A stretch of 64,000 nucleotides of DNA, from the NCBI GenBank assembly GCA_038245515.1, contig JBBRSJ010000001.1, positions 169,376-233,375 on the forward strand. The letters are read 5' to 3'. This DNA comes from Candidatus Limnocylindrales bacterium. GTDB taxonomy: Bacteria; Chloroflexota; Limnocylindria; Limnocylindrales; CSP1-4. Below are positions 16,638 to 25,972 of this stretch, piece by piece. Below the pieces are notes generated by a model, which made no database searches, was not told the origin of the DNA, and saw only the letters and a program-made list of their open reading frames with translations. Position 1 is the first letter of the stretch. Each line of letters begins with the position of its first letter. The translations under genes and the position numbers were made by a program.

Positions 16638-18731
16638 CTAGCCGCAGCCGGGCGCCCGCAGGCGCGCGACAAGAGCCGAGCTCGCTGCGGACGGCGGCTC
16701 CACGTCCACGCTCGCGGCGATCCGGCACGCTGCGGGGCGACCGACGGCGCCCGCCCGCTCGAGCATGCCGACGAGCCGGTCGAGGGCCTCGGGCGAGACG
16801 ACGATCCGGTTTACGGGGAACGCCAGGGCAGCGGGGTCGATCGCGTAGACGTGGACGCCGATCGGCTCGGTCGAGGTCGGGAATGTCCAGTGGGCGACCT
16901 CCCGGATCCCGGGCGCCGTGGCCAGGACCGGCACGATCGAGGGTGCGCTCGTCGAGGCCTGCGTGACGTAGATCCAGTACGTCGCGCCGCTGGCGCGGAG
17001 GTCGCGGACGAGGCGGTGGGCATTGAACGCCTGGTACTCGTTCGCGTTGCGGGCGACGACGTCGATCGCGATCCAGTCGTCCGCCTTCGGGTCGCCGACG
17101 AGCCGGATGCCCTCGGGCGTCGCTGGATCGGCGACCGCGATGAGGTGGCGGACCTGGGCCGTCGGATTGTGGCCGCGCAGACCGAGCGAGATCTCGTAGC
17201 TCAGCATCGAGCCGATCGCGACCGGGGTGCCGGCCGGGACGTTGGCTCGGACCCAGTCGACGGTCGTCGTGACCGCGCTCGCGAGGGCCCGCCCGCTGCG
17301 CGTCTCGCGCGTGGTCAGGGCGTGGGCGCCGAGGAGCGCACCGCTCCCGAGCGTCGCCACGAGAAGCACGAGCGGCACGACGCCGAGCCACGGGCGCGGA
17401 CTCGCGTGCCCCTCCCCCGCCGGATCGAGTGTCCGCCCACGGCTCCAGCGCCCGACCGCCGCCTCGACGAGCCACAGCCAGCCCGCGCCCGCGAGCGCCG
17501 CGAGGATCGCGAGCTGGGCGACGTAGTTGCGGGGCGGCTCGCCGACCTCGATCACGAGCAGCACGAGCGGAGCCCCGCAGAGCGTGGCCAGCCATAGGTC
17601 CCCGAGGGCCGCCCGGCGGCGTCCGGACGCGGCCCGCCAGGCGGGGATCGAGAGGAGCACCCCGGCCGCGCCGGCGACGGCCGCGAGCTTGAGGACGCCC
17701 GGCAGCCAGGTCGCGGCGTACAGGCCGATCTGACGGACGTCGACGAGCTGGGTCGCGCGCACCCCGAGCTCGCGCGCGAAGATCACGAGCAGGCCCACGC
17801 ACCACGCGCCGACCACGATCGCGGCCAGGACGATCCGACCGCGCGGGGTCTCCCCCGTCGACCCGGGGTCGCCGTCCGGGGCGATCAGGCGGAGGCGCCG
17901 GCCCAGCGTTTGGAGGGCCGGCCGGTCGGCCCGTGCTGCGCCGGCGATCGCGAGGATCGCACCGCCGAGCACGAGCGTCGCGATCGGGACGAGGGTCCAG
18001 GCCGGCGTCCCGAGGCGGTAGACGATGCCCACGAGCTGCGCGACGAGGATCACCCACCACGACAGCCCGACGCTGGCCGCGAGCACGAGCCAGCCCGCCG
18101 TCCGCGCGAGATCCCGCCACGGCCGGCCCCAGACGATGCCGGCCGCGACGGGCACGATCGCGAAGGGCAACGCGATCTCCTTGACCTCGAACGCGAACGC
18201 GAACAGCAGCCCCGACGCGATCGCCCACGACACGCGCCCGTTGCGGACCGCATTGAATCCGACGAGGAGATAGACGAGGATCAGGAACCCGACGGGGACG
18301 TCGAGCCGGGCGGTGCGGGTCAGGTCGTGGACGTACGTGATCGCGATCGTGCCGGCCGCCGCGAGCCCGCCGACCGCCGGCCGGACCCGCCAGCCGAGGG
18401 CCCCGGCGGCGATCACGAGCCCGATCCCCCCGAGCGCATCGAGGAGATGACCGGTCGCGAGCGGGTCGATCCCGAACCAGGCCTGGGGCAGGACGAGGGT
18501 CGCCGACCAGATCGGAGCGTGGACGAGGAAGTAGCCGCCGAAGGGCGTCTGCGGGCCGAGCCCGTCGAGCAGGCTGTAGCCGATCCCGATGTACTTCGCC
18601 TCGTCGAACGACAGGAAGAACGACGGGACCAGGATGAGCAGGAGCCCGAAGATCGCAGCCGCGGCTGCGATGACAGCGAGCCCGACACGGCGCTCGAGCT
18701 CGTCGCCTGCGGGTTCGAGCGGTCGAGTCAC
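16638..18731 (-). CDS. GT-C fold membrane glycosyltransferase (family 39 / PMT-ArnT-like)
   Basis: Polytopic membrane N-domain with an FDEAKYIGIGY loop motif and a large extracytoplasmic C-domain. The GTG at 18731 is chosen because everything upstream is the repeat element R1. Confidence 0.8.
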   Translation of the reverse strand: MTRPLEPAGDELERRVGLAVIAAAAAIFGLLLILVPSFFLSFDEAKYIGIGYSLLDGLGPQTPFGGYFLVHAPIWSATLVLPQAWFGIDPLATGHLLDALGGIGLVIAAGALGWRVRPAVGGLAAAGTIAITYVHDLTRTARLDVPVGFLILVYLLVGFNAVRNGRVSWAIASGLLFAFAFEVKEIALPFAIVPVAAGIVWGRPWRDLARTAGWLVLAASVGLSWWVILVAQLVGIVYRLGTPAWTLVPIATLVLGGAILAIAGAARADRPALQTLGRRLRLIAPDGDPGSTGETPRGRIVLAAIVVGAWCVGLLVIFARELGVRATQLVDVRQIGLYAATWLPGVLKLAAVAGAAGVLLSIPAWRAASGRRRAALGDLWLATLCGAPLVLLVIEVGEPPRNYVAQLAILAALAGAGWLWLVEAAVGRWSRGRTLDPAGEGHASPRPWLGVVPLVLLVATLGSGALLGAHALTTRETRSGRALASAVTTTVDWVRANVPAGTPVAIGSMLSYEISLGLRGHNPTAQVRHLIAVADPATPEGIRLVGDPKADDWIAIDVVARNANEYQAFNAHRLVRDLRASGATYWIYVTQASTSAPSIVPVLATAPGIREVAHWTFPTSTEPIGVHVYAIDPAALAFPVNRIVVSPEALDRLVGMLERAGAVGRPAACRIAASVDVEPPSAASSALVARLRAPGCG

Positions 18732-18926
18732 GCCTCGATGGTGGCACAACCGGTGGGCTCGGGCCGCCCGAGGAGGCGCCGGGTGCCAGGCGCACGAAAA
18801 CGCCCGAAGGAACCGTCGATCCCTAGATGCGCCAGTCAATACAAGTACCGACCGGCTCACTAGTTGTTCGAGGCCCCTTCGGGCAAGACCTACGATAGGT
18901 GACGTGGCGCGGGCTCGTCCATCCAC

Positions 18927-18935
18927 TTATCCACG
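18927..18935 (+). promoter_or_regulatory. DnaA-box-like 9-mer TTATCCACG
   Basis: 8/9 match to TTATCCACA. It is one of five such motifs in R1/R2, all in the same orientation. Confidence 0.4.
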
Positions 18936-18968
18936 AGATTCGCGACAGGAACCTCGCATCTGCGAGGG

Positions 18969-18977
18969 TTGTCCACA
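18969..18977 (+). promoter_or_regulatory. DnaA-box-like 9-mer TTGTCCACA
   Basis: Perfect match to the high-GC Gram-positive DnaA-box consensus TTGTCCACA. Confidence 0.45.
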
Positions 18978-19020
18978 GGGTTCCCACGTTCGTCTCGCTC
19001 GTCGCGACCAATCTGCGACC

Positions 19021-19605
19021 ATGGGCTCGATGCTGATCGTCCTGTCGGGCCTCCCCGCCACCGGCAAGACCGACCTGGCGACCGCGATCGCGCGCGAGCT
19101 CGGCGCGGTCCTCCTGTCGGTCGACGCCGTCGACTCCGCCCTGGCGAGCTCGGACGCTCACGAGCGCGGTCCCGTCGGGCTCGCGGCGTACGAGGTCATC
19201 GGCGCGATCGCGGAGCAGAACCTCGAGCTGGGTGCGAACGTCGTCGTCGACGCGGTCAACGCGGTCGGCGAGGCGAAGACGTTCTGGATCGACCTGACCC
19301 GCCGGCGCGGGGTCCGCCTCCTGGCGATCGAGACGATCCTGTCCGACACCGCGGTCCACCGGGAGCGGCTCCACGGCCGGGTCCGGGACCTCGCGATCGC
19401 CGAGCCGACCTGGGAGGCGGTCACCCTCCGTCGCGACGAGTGGGTGGCCTGGCCGTTCGCGCCGCTCGTCATCGACTCAGTCGAGCCGCTCGCCGCCAAC
19501 GTCGCTCGAGCCCTCGATGCCGCGCGGACGATCCTGAACGAGCGCTCCGCGTCGGCGCCGAGCGGCGGACACAACGAAACGCCCGAAGGAACTACTCCCT
19601 CGTAG
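19021..19605 (+). CDS. P-loop kinase / AAA_33-type ATP-binding protein
   Basis: Walker A VLSGLPATGKTDL; small (194 aa) kinase-like fold. Confidence 0.75.
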   Translation: MGSMLIVLSGLPATGKTDLATAIARELGAVLLSVDAVDSALASSDAHERGPVGLAAYEVIGAIAEQNLELGANVVVDAVNAVGEAKTFWIDLTRRRGVRLLAIETILSDTAVHRERLHGRVRDLAIAEPTWEAVTLRRDEWVAWPFAPLVIDSVEPLAANVARALDAARTILNERSASAPSGGHNETPEGTTPS

Positions 19606-19706
19606 CCTCCACTCCCAATGCAAGCACCGGAAGCGTCGCTTTCGAGTTCGTTGCCCCTTCGGGCAAGACCTACTTTACGCGGCCTGGCGCGGCCTGCCTA
19701 GGGGAC

Positions 19707-19715
19707 TTGTCCACG
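19707..19715 (+). promoter_or_regulatory. DnaA-box-like 9-mer TTGTCCACG
   Basis: 8/9 match; lies in R2. Confidence 0.4.
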
Positions 19716-19747
19716 AGTTTCGCGCGAATGGGCCCAATCCTCGACGG

Positions 19748-19767
19748 TTATCCACGGCCTGTCCACC
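19748..19767 (+). promoter_or_regulatory. DnaA-box-like pair TTATCCACG + CTGTCCACC
   Basis: Adjacent 8/9 and 7/9 matches in R2. Confidence 0.35.
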
Positions 19768-19785
19768 GCGGGACCGCCTGGTGGG

Positions 19786-20397
19786 TCAGCGATGCCGGAT
19801 CGGGGGCTCCGGATCTGCTTCCAGCGGCCAGATCTCGCCGCCCGCGAGCACCGGCAGGCCGCGCCGATCGAGGGTGAGCGGCTCCTCGGCCCCGAACCGC
19901 CAGGCCGACGCGGTCGGCCGTTCGATCCGGACCGGCTTGACCTCGATTTCGAGGGTCGCCGGGATCACGACGGCCAGCCGGGCAGTCGACGATCCGACCT
20001 CGATTCCGCACGCGAGGAGGCTCGCGGCGGCGAGCCGGCAGACGGTCGAGCCATCGAGCAGCGTGATCCCGTCGCTGTCCCACGCCAACCCCACGGCGTG
20101 CTCGATGCCGTCGCTGACGATCGCATGGCCATGGAGCGTCCCGTCCGGCTCCGGATGGAGGGTCAGCAGGCCCGACGGGGTGGCGAGCTCGAGGTGGGCG
20201 AACCGTCCGTCAGGTCCGATCTCGAGGAGGAGCGAGCTCAGCACGGCGTGACCGCCCGGAGCCGTCCGGACCTCTCGCCAGCGGCGACCCTTGCGGCCCT
20301 CCGCGACCGACCAGATGACCGAGTGGCCGCCGGGACCGGTGCCGCGTCCGCCGAACCGGAGCGGCTCCGGGGTCACGTCAGGCGTCGCCCGTGCCAT
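19786..20397 (-). CDS. hypothetical protein, translationally coupled downstream of hflX
   Basis: The start MARATPDVTPEPL overlaps the hflX stop by 20 nt. No recognisable motif. An N-terminal Arg/Ser-rich extension in the track ORF is discarded. Confidence 0.55.
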   Translation of the reverse strand: MARATPDVTPEPLRFGGRGTGPGGHSVIWSVAEGRKGRRWREVRTAPGGHAVLSSLLLEIGPDGRFAHLELATPSGLLTLHPEPDGTLHGHAIVSDGIEHAVGLAWDSDGITLLDGSTVCRLAAASLLACGIEVGSSTARLAVVIPATLEIEVKPVRIERPTASAWRFGAEEPLTLDRRGLPVLAGGEIWPLEADPEPPIRHR

Positions 20398-21733
20398 GGC
20401 CCGTGCCGTTCGCTTCGTCGCCCGTGAGCGAGACCTGCCAGCGATCGGACACGGCCACGAGCTCGCCGGCCAGCGACGGCGCCGCCCGGCCGTGGACGCG
20501 CACGTCGAGGTTGCCGTAGTCGAGCTCCACCGTGCCCCGCTCGCGGATCCGGGCCAGCAGCTCGCCAGCGGCGTACGGGACATGAACATCGACATCGACC
20601 CAGAGCGAGGCGAGGAGTGCCGCGATCTCGGCCCGGAGGGTGTCGAGCCCGAAGCCGGTCGTCGCACTGACGAGGACCGAGCCCGCGAGGGCCGGCGCGG
20701 GCGCGCGGCCGTCGAGCGCGGCCTTCTCGACGAGATCGGCCTTGTTGAATGCGACGAGGCGCGGCTTCTCCCCTGCCCCGAGCTCGTCGAGGACCGTCTG
20801 GACCGTCGCCCGGTGCTCGCGCAGATGGGGATCCGACGCGTCGACGACCTCGATCAGGACGTCGGCTCGGTTGACCTCCTCGAGGGTTGCCCGGAATGCG
20901 TCGACGAGCTGATGCGGGAGCTTGTGGATGAAGCCGACGGTGTCGGTCACGATCGCGGTCTGGCCGTCGCCGAGCTTGACCTGGCGCGAGGTCGGATCGA
21001 GCGTCGCGAACAACTTGTCCTCGGCCTTGGCGACCTCGCTCCCGACGAGGGCGTTGAGCAGGGTCGACTTGCCAGCATTCGTGTAGCCGACGATGCCGAC
21101 CGTCGCGAACATCCTGCGGTCGCGCCCGCGGGCGGCCGTCTGGCGCTGTTGGCGGACCTGCTCGACCCGCTCCTTCATCTTCGAGATCCGGGTCCGGATG
21201 AGCCGGCGGTCGGTCTCGAGCTGGCTCTCGCCGGGACCGCGCGTGCCGATCCCGCCGCCAGTCCGGGACAGGTGGGTCCAGAGCTTCGTCAGGCGCGGCA
21301 GCTGATACTCGAGCTGGGCGAGCTCGACCTGGAGGCGGCCCTCGTGGGTCTGGGCGTGCAGGGCGAAGATGTCGAGAATCAGCCGGCTGCGGTCGATGAC
21401 CTTGACGTTGAGGAGGCTTTCGAGCGCCTTCTGCTGGCTCGGCGACAGCTCGTCGTCAGCGATGAGGACGTCGAAGCCGGTCTCGCTCCTGGCCTGGGCC
21501 AGCTCCTCGGCCTTGCCCTTGCCGACATACCAGTTCGGGTCGACGTGGCGGCGGTTCTGCCACTCGGCGCCGACGACATCCGCCCCGGCGGTCGTGGCGA
21601 GATTCGCGAGCTCGGTCAGCGACTCCTCCGCGGTCCAGCCGGCGTCGTCGCCGGTGTCGACCGCGATGAGGAACGCCTTCTCGACGGGGGCGGTGAGATC
21701 GATGGGCGTGGATCGGGTCGAGGGCCTGGGCAC
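20378..21733 (-). CDS. hflX: GTPase HflX
   Basis: HflX N-domain (FLIAVDTG...VIDRSRLILDIFALHAQTHEGRLQVELAQLEY) and G-domain (GYTNAGKSTLLNAL, DTVGFI, NKAD). The start is set at the GTG of VPRPSTRS...; the real start is uncertain by about 30 nt. Confidence 0.85.
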   Translation of the reverse strand: MPRPSTRSTPIDLTAPVEKAFLIAVDTGDDAGWTAEESLTELANLATTAGADVVGAEWQNRRHVDPNWYVGKGKAEELAQARSETGFDVLIADDELSPSQQKALESLLNVKVIDRSRLILDIFALHAQTHEGRLQVELAQLEYQLPRLTKLWTHLSRTGGGIGTRGPGESQLETDRRLIRTRISKMKERVEQVRQQRQTAARGRDRRMFATVGIVGYTNAGKSTLLNALVGSEVAKAEDKLFATLDPTSRQVKLGDGQTAIVTDTVGFIHKLPHQLVDAFRATLEEVNRADVLIEVVDASDPHLREHRATVQTVLDELGAGEKPRLVAFNKADLVEKAALDGRAPAPALAGSVLVSATTGFGLDTLRAEIAALLASLWVDVDVHVPYAAGELLARIRERGTVELDYGNLDVRVHGRAAPSLAGELVAVSDRWQVSLTGDEANGTGHGTGDA

Positions 21734-21803
21734 GGCCGAAGGATAGCCCGAACGGCCGGTGGGTCCCGAACGGATGTCCCATGTTCGGGCGCGTCCTGCG
21801 CGT

Positions 21804-23788
21804 GGATGCTGGCCCCCGTGCGGTCCCTCCTCCGTCGTCCGACCGTCTCCGACCGTCCCGTCCGCCTCGCCGCGGACCCCCCGGTCGGCTGGCTGCGCCC
21901 ACCGCTCAGCCGGGGCGCGCCGCCGCTTCCCGAGTCCGTCACCCGCCGTCGGGCCATCCGCGGCCTCGCACTGGCGGCCCTCGCGGTCACGACCGCCTAC
22001 CTCGCCTGGCGGATTGTCGCCACGGTCGATCTTCGGGCCTGGTGGGTGTCGATCCCGCTCCTCGCACTCGAGATCCACGCGGCCGTCGGCCTGGCCCTCC
22101 TCACGTTCTCGCTGTGGGACCTCGACTCGGGCCCGCACGCGGCGCCGGTCCACGCGACGGCGGACCGGATCGCGGTCCTGATCCCGACCCGCGACGAGTC
22201 GATCGAGATCCTGACGCCGACGATCGCGGCCGCGCGGGCGCTTCGCGTCGACCACGACACGTGGGTCCTCGATGACGGCGCCCGGCCCGAGGTGGCCCGG
22301 CTCGCCGCCGACCTGGGTGCTCGCTACTGGGCCCGGACCGAGCCGCGCGGCGGACGGGCCGGCAACCTCGACCACGCCCTCGGGATCGTCGACGCCGACG
22401 TGATCGCGATCCTCGACGCGGACGCCGTCGCGGCGCCGGACTTCCTTGTTCGGACCCTCGGCTACCTGGCCGACCCGCGCGTCGCCCTCGTCCAGACGCC
22501 CGACGGCATCTACAACGTGAACTCGTTCGGCCAGACCCGCCGGCTCCACGAGCGGACCCTGTTCCAGCGCCTGATCCAGCCCGGTCGGAACCGCTGGCAG
22601 GCCGCGGTCTGGACCGGCTCCGGGGCGGTGATCCGGGTCAGCGCCCTGCACGACATCGGCGGGATCGCGACCGACACCCTCGCCCCCGATCTCCAAACGA
22701 CGATCCGCCTCCATCGCCGCGGCTGGCGGACGGTCGCCCATAACGCGGTGCTTGCGCGGGGCCTCGCGCCGACCACCGCCGCGACGGACCAGGTCCAGCG
22801 TCAGCGCCGCGCCGTCGGTGCCATGCAGGTGCTGCGCGTCGAGAACCCGCTCCTCGGGCCGGGCCTCGAGCGGAGCCAGCGACTCGCCTACGCCGCCACG
22901 CTCCTCGGCTGGTTCGACGCCTGGCGCTGGCTCGGGATCGTGGTCCTCCCGATCGCGATCCTGCTGACCGACGCCGACCCGGTTCGGGCCGACGTCGTGA
23001 CGTTCGCGGCCTTCTTCGCCGTCACGTACGCCCTCCAGGCGACCGCCGGCTGGGCGCTCAGCCGTGGCACCCGGCTTCCCTTCCTGTCAACCCTGCTCCA
23101 GGTCGTCCGGATGACGCCCGACCTCCAGGCGACTCGTCACCTGTTCGCGCGTCGGCCGATCGCGGTCGCGGTCGTCGCGACGCCGAAGGGCCGTACGAGC
23201 GACGTTCGACGGTCCGCGACCGAGCCCCGCCTGCTCCGGATGCTGGCGCTCATCAGCGTCTTCGCGGCGAGCTGGTTCGCCCTCGCGATGATGGTCACCC
23301 TGTTCACCGGCACGCCCCTGTCGTGGGCGGTCCAGGCGGCGTTCGGCTGGCTGATCCTGAATGTGTTCGTCCTCGTTCGGGCGATCGGCCGCGTCCGCAA
23401 CCTGCGCTTCGGCGGCGAGCGCCGAACGAGCGTCCGGTTCGAGACCGCGTTCGCCGGGACGCTCGACGGGGCGCGCTGCCAGATCCTCGACCTGTCCCTG
23501 AGCGGAGCGCGAGTGACCGCCGGGCCGATCACCGCAGGTCCCGCCCACGCCCTCGTGATCGACGTCGACGGGCACCCGGTCGCTCTCGAGGTGTCTGTCC
23601 GCTCGGTCCGTGCCGATGGTTCGGACCGGACGGTGCTCGGGCTCGAGTTCCTGGCGGACCAGAACCTGGCCCGCGCGGAGCTCGCCCTCGGCCTGTTCCA
23701 GACGACGGTGGTATCGGCGGCGGAGGGCCTCTCGGTGAGCGAGCGCGTCGTCGTCGGCGGTGAAGCCACGGAGTCGTCGGCCGCCTGA
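21804..23788 (+). CDS. BcsA-like processive GT2 glycosyltransferase with C-terminal PilZ domain; catalytic motifs degenerate
   Basis: Has DDG and DAD motifs, 8 TM helices, and PilZ RxxxR (ERRTSVR) plus DxSxxG (DLSLSG). However TED is APD, Q(Q/R)xRW is QRQRR, FFCGS is VWTGSG and HAKAGN is GGRAGN. Confidence 0.85.
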
Positions 23789-23929
23789 GGCCCAGCCGGG
23801 CGCGCCATCCTCGACGTTGCGGGACCGACGGTCCCTCAATTGGATGAGGAGATCGTGGTCCGATCGAGAGGGGCTCGTGAACGGCCCGGCGATGGTTCGC
23901 CCGAGCGGGGCCGCCGATGCTGGGTTCCG

Positions 23930-25972
23930 ATGTCCACTCGATCCCCGTCGCCCCCGGCCGCCATCCGTCGCCCGCGCCTCCTCCCCGAGCGCCCGGTGGG
24001 CTGGATCCGCCCGCCACTCCCCGGACGGAGCATGCCCCTGCCCGAATCGATCGTGCGCCGGACGACGATCCGGGCGATCGCGGTCAGCGCCCTGATCGTC
24101 ACCGCGGCCTACCTCGCCTGGCGGACGACGGCCACCGTCGATCTCGCCGTCTGGTGGGTCTCGGTGCCGCTGCTCGTCCTCGAGATCCATGCCGCGCTCG
24201 GGCTCGCCCTCTTCACGTTCTCCCTGTGGGACGTGGACCGCCGGCCCGTGACGCGATCGGTGATCGTGACGACCGAGCGAGTCGCCGTCCTCATCCCGAC
24301 CTACAACGAGTCGCTCGAGATCCTGACCCCGACGATCGCCGCGGCCGTGGCGATGCACGTCGACCACGAGACCTGGGTCCTCGATGACGGCGACCGGCCC
24401 GAGGTCGAGCGCCTGGCCGCCGACCTGGGCGCCCGCTACCTCACCCGCCCGGAGCATCTGCACGCGAAGGCCGGGAACCTGAACCATGCCCTGGGCGTGA
24501 TCGAGGCCGACTTCATCGCCGTCCTCGACGCCGACCACGTCGCGGCGCCGGAGTTCCTCGTCCGCACGCTCGGCTACTTCGACGACCCGCGGATCGCGAT
24601 CGTCCAGACGCCCCAGGAGTTCTACAACACCGATTCGTTCGAGCACCAGGCCGGACAGAACGGCGAAGAGGACCGCTTCCACGAGCAGACCCTCTTCTAC
24701 CGGGTCCTTCAGCCCGGCAAGAACCGCTGGGGCGGCGCCTTCTGGTGCGGGACGAGCGCCGTGGTGCGCGTGACCGCCCTCCGCGACGTCGGAGGCGTCG
24801 CGACCGAGACGATCACCGAGGACATCCACACGACGATCCGGCTCCATCGGCGCGGCTGGCGCACCGTGTACCACAACGAAGTCCTCGCCCGCGGGCTGGC
24901 GGCCGGCGACGCGGCCACGTACCAGCTCCAGCGGCACCGCTGGGGGACGGGCGCCATGCAGGTCCTGCGGACCGAGAACCCGCTCTTCGTGTCCGGCCTC
25001 AGCCTGCCGCAGCGCCTGTCGTACGCGGCCACGCTCCTCGGCTGGTTCGATGCCTGGCGCTCGCTCGGCTATCTCCTCCTGCCGATCGTGGTCCTGCTGA
25101 CCGGCGCCGTCCCGATCCGGGCCGATGCGCTGACGTTCGCCCTCGCGTTCGGCCTGACCTTCACGCTCCAGCAGCTCTCCCTCCGCGTTCTCAGCCGCGG
25201 CTGCCACCGCCCGTTCCTGTCCATCCTGTTCGAGCTCGTCCGGATGACGCCGAACCTCCTCGCGACGGTGAGCCTCGTGACGCGGCCGCGGGCGGCGTTC
25301 CGGGTCAGCCCGAAGGGCCGGACTGGCACCGTCCGGCGATCCGCGCCGGAGCCGCGGCTCCTCCGGTACATGGCGATCCTCAGCATCGTCGCCATGGCGT
25401 GGTTCCTGCTGACGGTGTCCGGCCTGACGTGGCTGACGTATGCCGTCCCCTGGGCGGCCTACGCGTCCGTCGGCTGGCTCGTGCTCAATGTCGTCCTTCT
25501 CGTCAGCGCGATCGGCCGCGTCCGCGACGTGCGGTTCGCCGGGGAGCGCCGCGCGAGCGTCCGCTTCGAGACGTCGTTCCGCGGCGCGTTCGACAGCGCG
25601 TCGGCGCGGATCCTCGACCTGTCGCTCACCGGCGCCCGGATCGCCGTCGATGGCCTGTCGGAGATGGACGTCCATCGCCTCGTCGTCGACGTCGACGGCC
25701 GCAATGTCGCGCTCGAGGCCACCGTCCGGTCGCGCCGTGCGGATGCGGCCGGGTGGACGATCGTCGGGCTCGAGTTCGTGCCCGATCAGAACCTGGCCAG
25801 GGCCGCGCTGGCGCTCGCGCTCTTCAACACCACGGTCGTTGCCGGCGGGGCCGGCGCGGCGCCGGGCTCCGAGCCGCGACCGCCCGACGGCACGATCACG
25901 CCGGACCGGCTCGGCGAACCGGCGGGACCCGCCACCGTGAAACCCGACGACGAGGCACCCGCCGCCGCCTGA
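23930..25972 (+). CDS. BcsA-like cellulose-synthase-family GT2 glycosyltransferase with C-terminal PilZ domain (intact motifs)
   Basis: DDG, DAD, HAKAGN, QTPQ, FWCGTS, TED and QRHRW are all present. PilZ RxxxR and DLSLTG are present. Start taken at MSTRSPSPP..., parallel to the paralog's N-terminus. Confidence 0.85.
   Translation: MSTRSPSPPAAIRRPRLLPERPVGWIRPPLPGRSMPLPESIVRRTTIRAIAVSALIVTAAYLAWRTTATVDLAVWWVSVPLLVLEIHAALGLALFTFSLWDVDRRPVTRSVIVTTERVAVLIPTYNESLEILTPTIAAAVAMHVDHETWVLDDGDRPEVERLAADLGARYLTRPEHLHAKAGNLNHALGVIEADFIAVLDADHVAAPEFLVRTLGYFDDPRIAIVQTPQEFYNTDSFEHQAGQNGEEDRFHEQTLFYRVLQPGKNRWGGAFWCGTSAVVRVTALRDVGGVATETITEDIHTTIRLHRRGWRTVYHNEVLARGLAAGDAATYQLQRHRWGTGAMQVLRTENPLFVSGLSLPQRLSYAATLLGWFDAWRSLGYLLLPIVVLLTGAVPIRADALTFALAFGLTFTLQQLSLRVLSRGCHRPFLSILFELVRMTPNLLATVSLVTRPRAAFRVSPKGRTGTVRRSAPEPRLLRYMAILSIVAMAWFLLTVSGLTWLTYAVPWAAYASVGWLVLNVVLLVSAIGRVRDVRFAGERRASVRFETSFRGAFDSASARILDLSLTGARIAVDGLSEMDVHRLVVDVDGRNVALEATVRSRRADAAGWTIVGLEFVPDQNLARAALALALFNTTVVAGGAGAAPGSEPRPPDGTITPDRLGEPAGPATVKPDDEAPAAA

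Larger units (their letters stand above)
18732..19020. repeat. repeat element R1 (diverged direct repeat of R2)
   Basis: About 70% identity to 19500-19790. Shared blocks: AACGCCCGAAGGAAC; TTCG(A/T)(G/T)GCCCCTTCGGGCAAGACCTAC; TT(A/G)TCCACGAG(A/T)TTCGCG; GTT(G/A)TCCAC(A/G)G. Confidence 0.75.
19566..19790. repeat. repeat element R2 (diverged direct repeat of R1)
   Basis: See R1. It overlaps the last 13 codons of the kinase gene (...NETPEGTTPS*). Confidence 0.75.

Noticed and set aside
16435-18795. 786-aa ORF on the minus strand, overlapping and out of frame with the GT39-like gene
   Set aside because: Extremely Arg/Pro/Gly-rich low-complexity translation typical of an open alternative frame in >70% GC coding DNA. 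The GT39-like frame has clear TM helices and motifs.
18732-19790. Interpretation of the DnaA-box cluster as the chromosomal replication origin
   Set aside because: There is no dnaA, dnaN, gyrB or recF nearby and no AT-rich unwinding element. It is more plausibly a DnaA-regulated or titration site, or a coincidental motif within a duplicated element. This cannot be excluded without whole-genome context, so it is kept as a finding with caveats.
20378-22741. 787-aa extension of the hflX ORF
   Set aside because: HflX homology starts near 21733. The upstream 1 kb of the frame overlaps the divergently transcribed BcsA-like gene and is Arg/Gly-rich, so hflX was trimmed.
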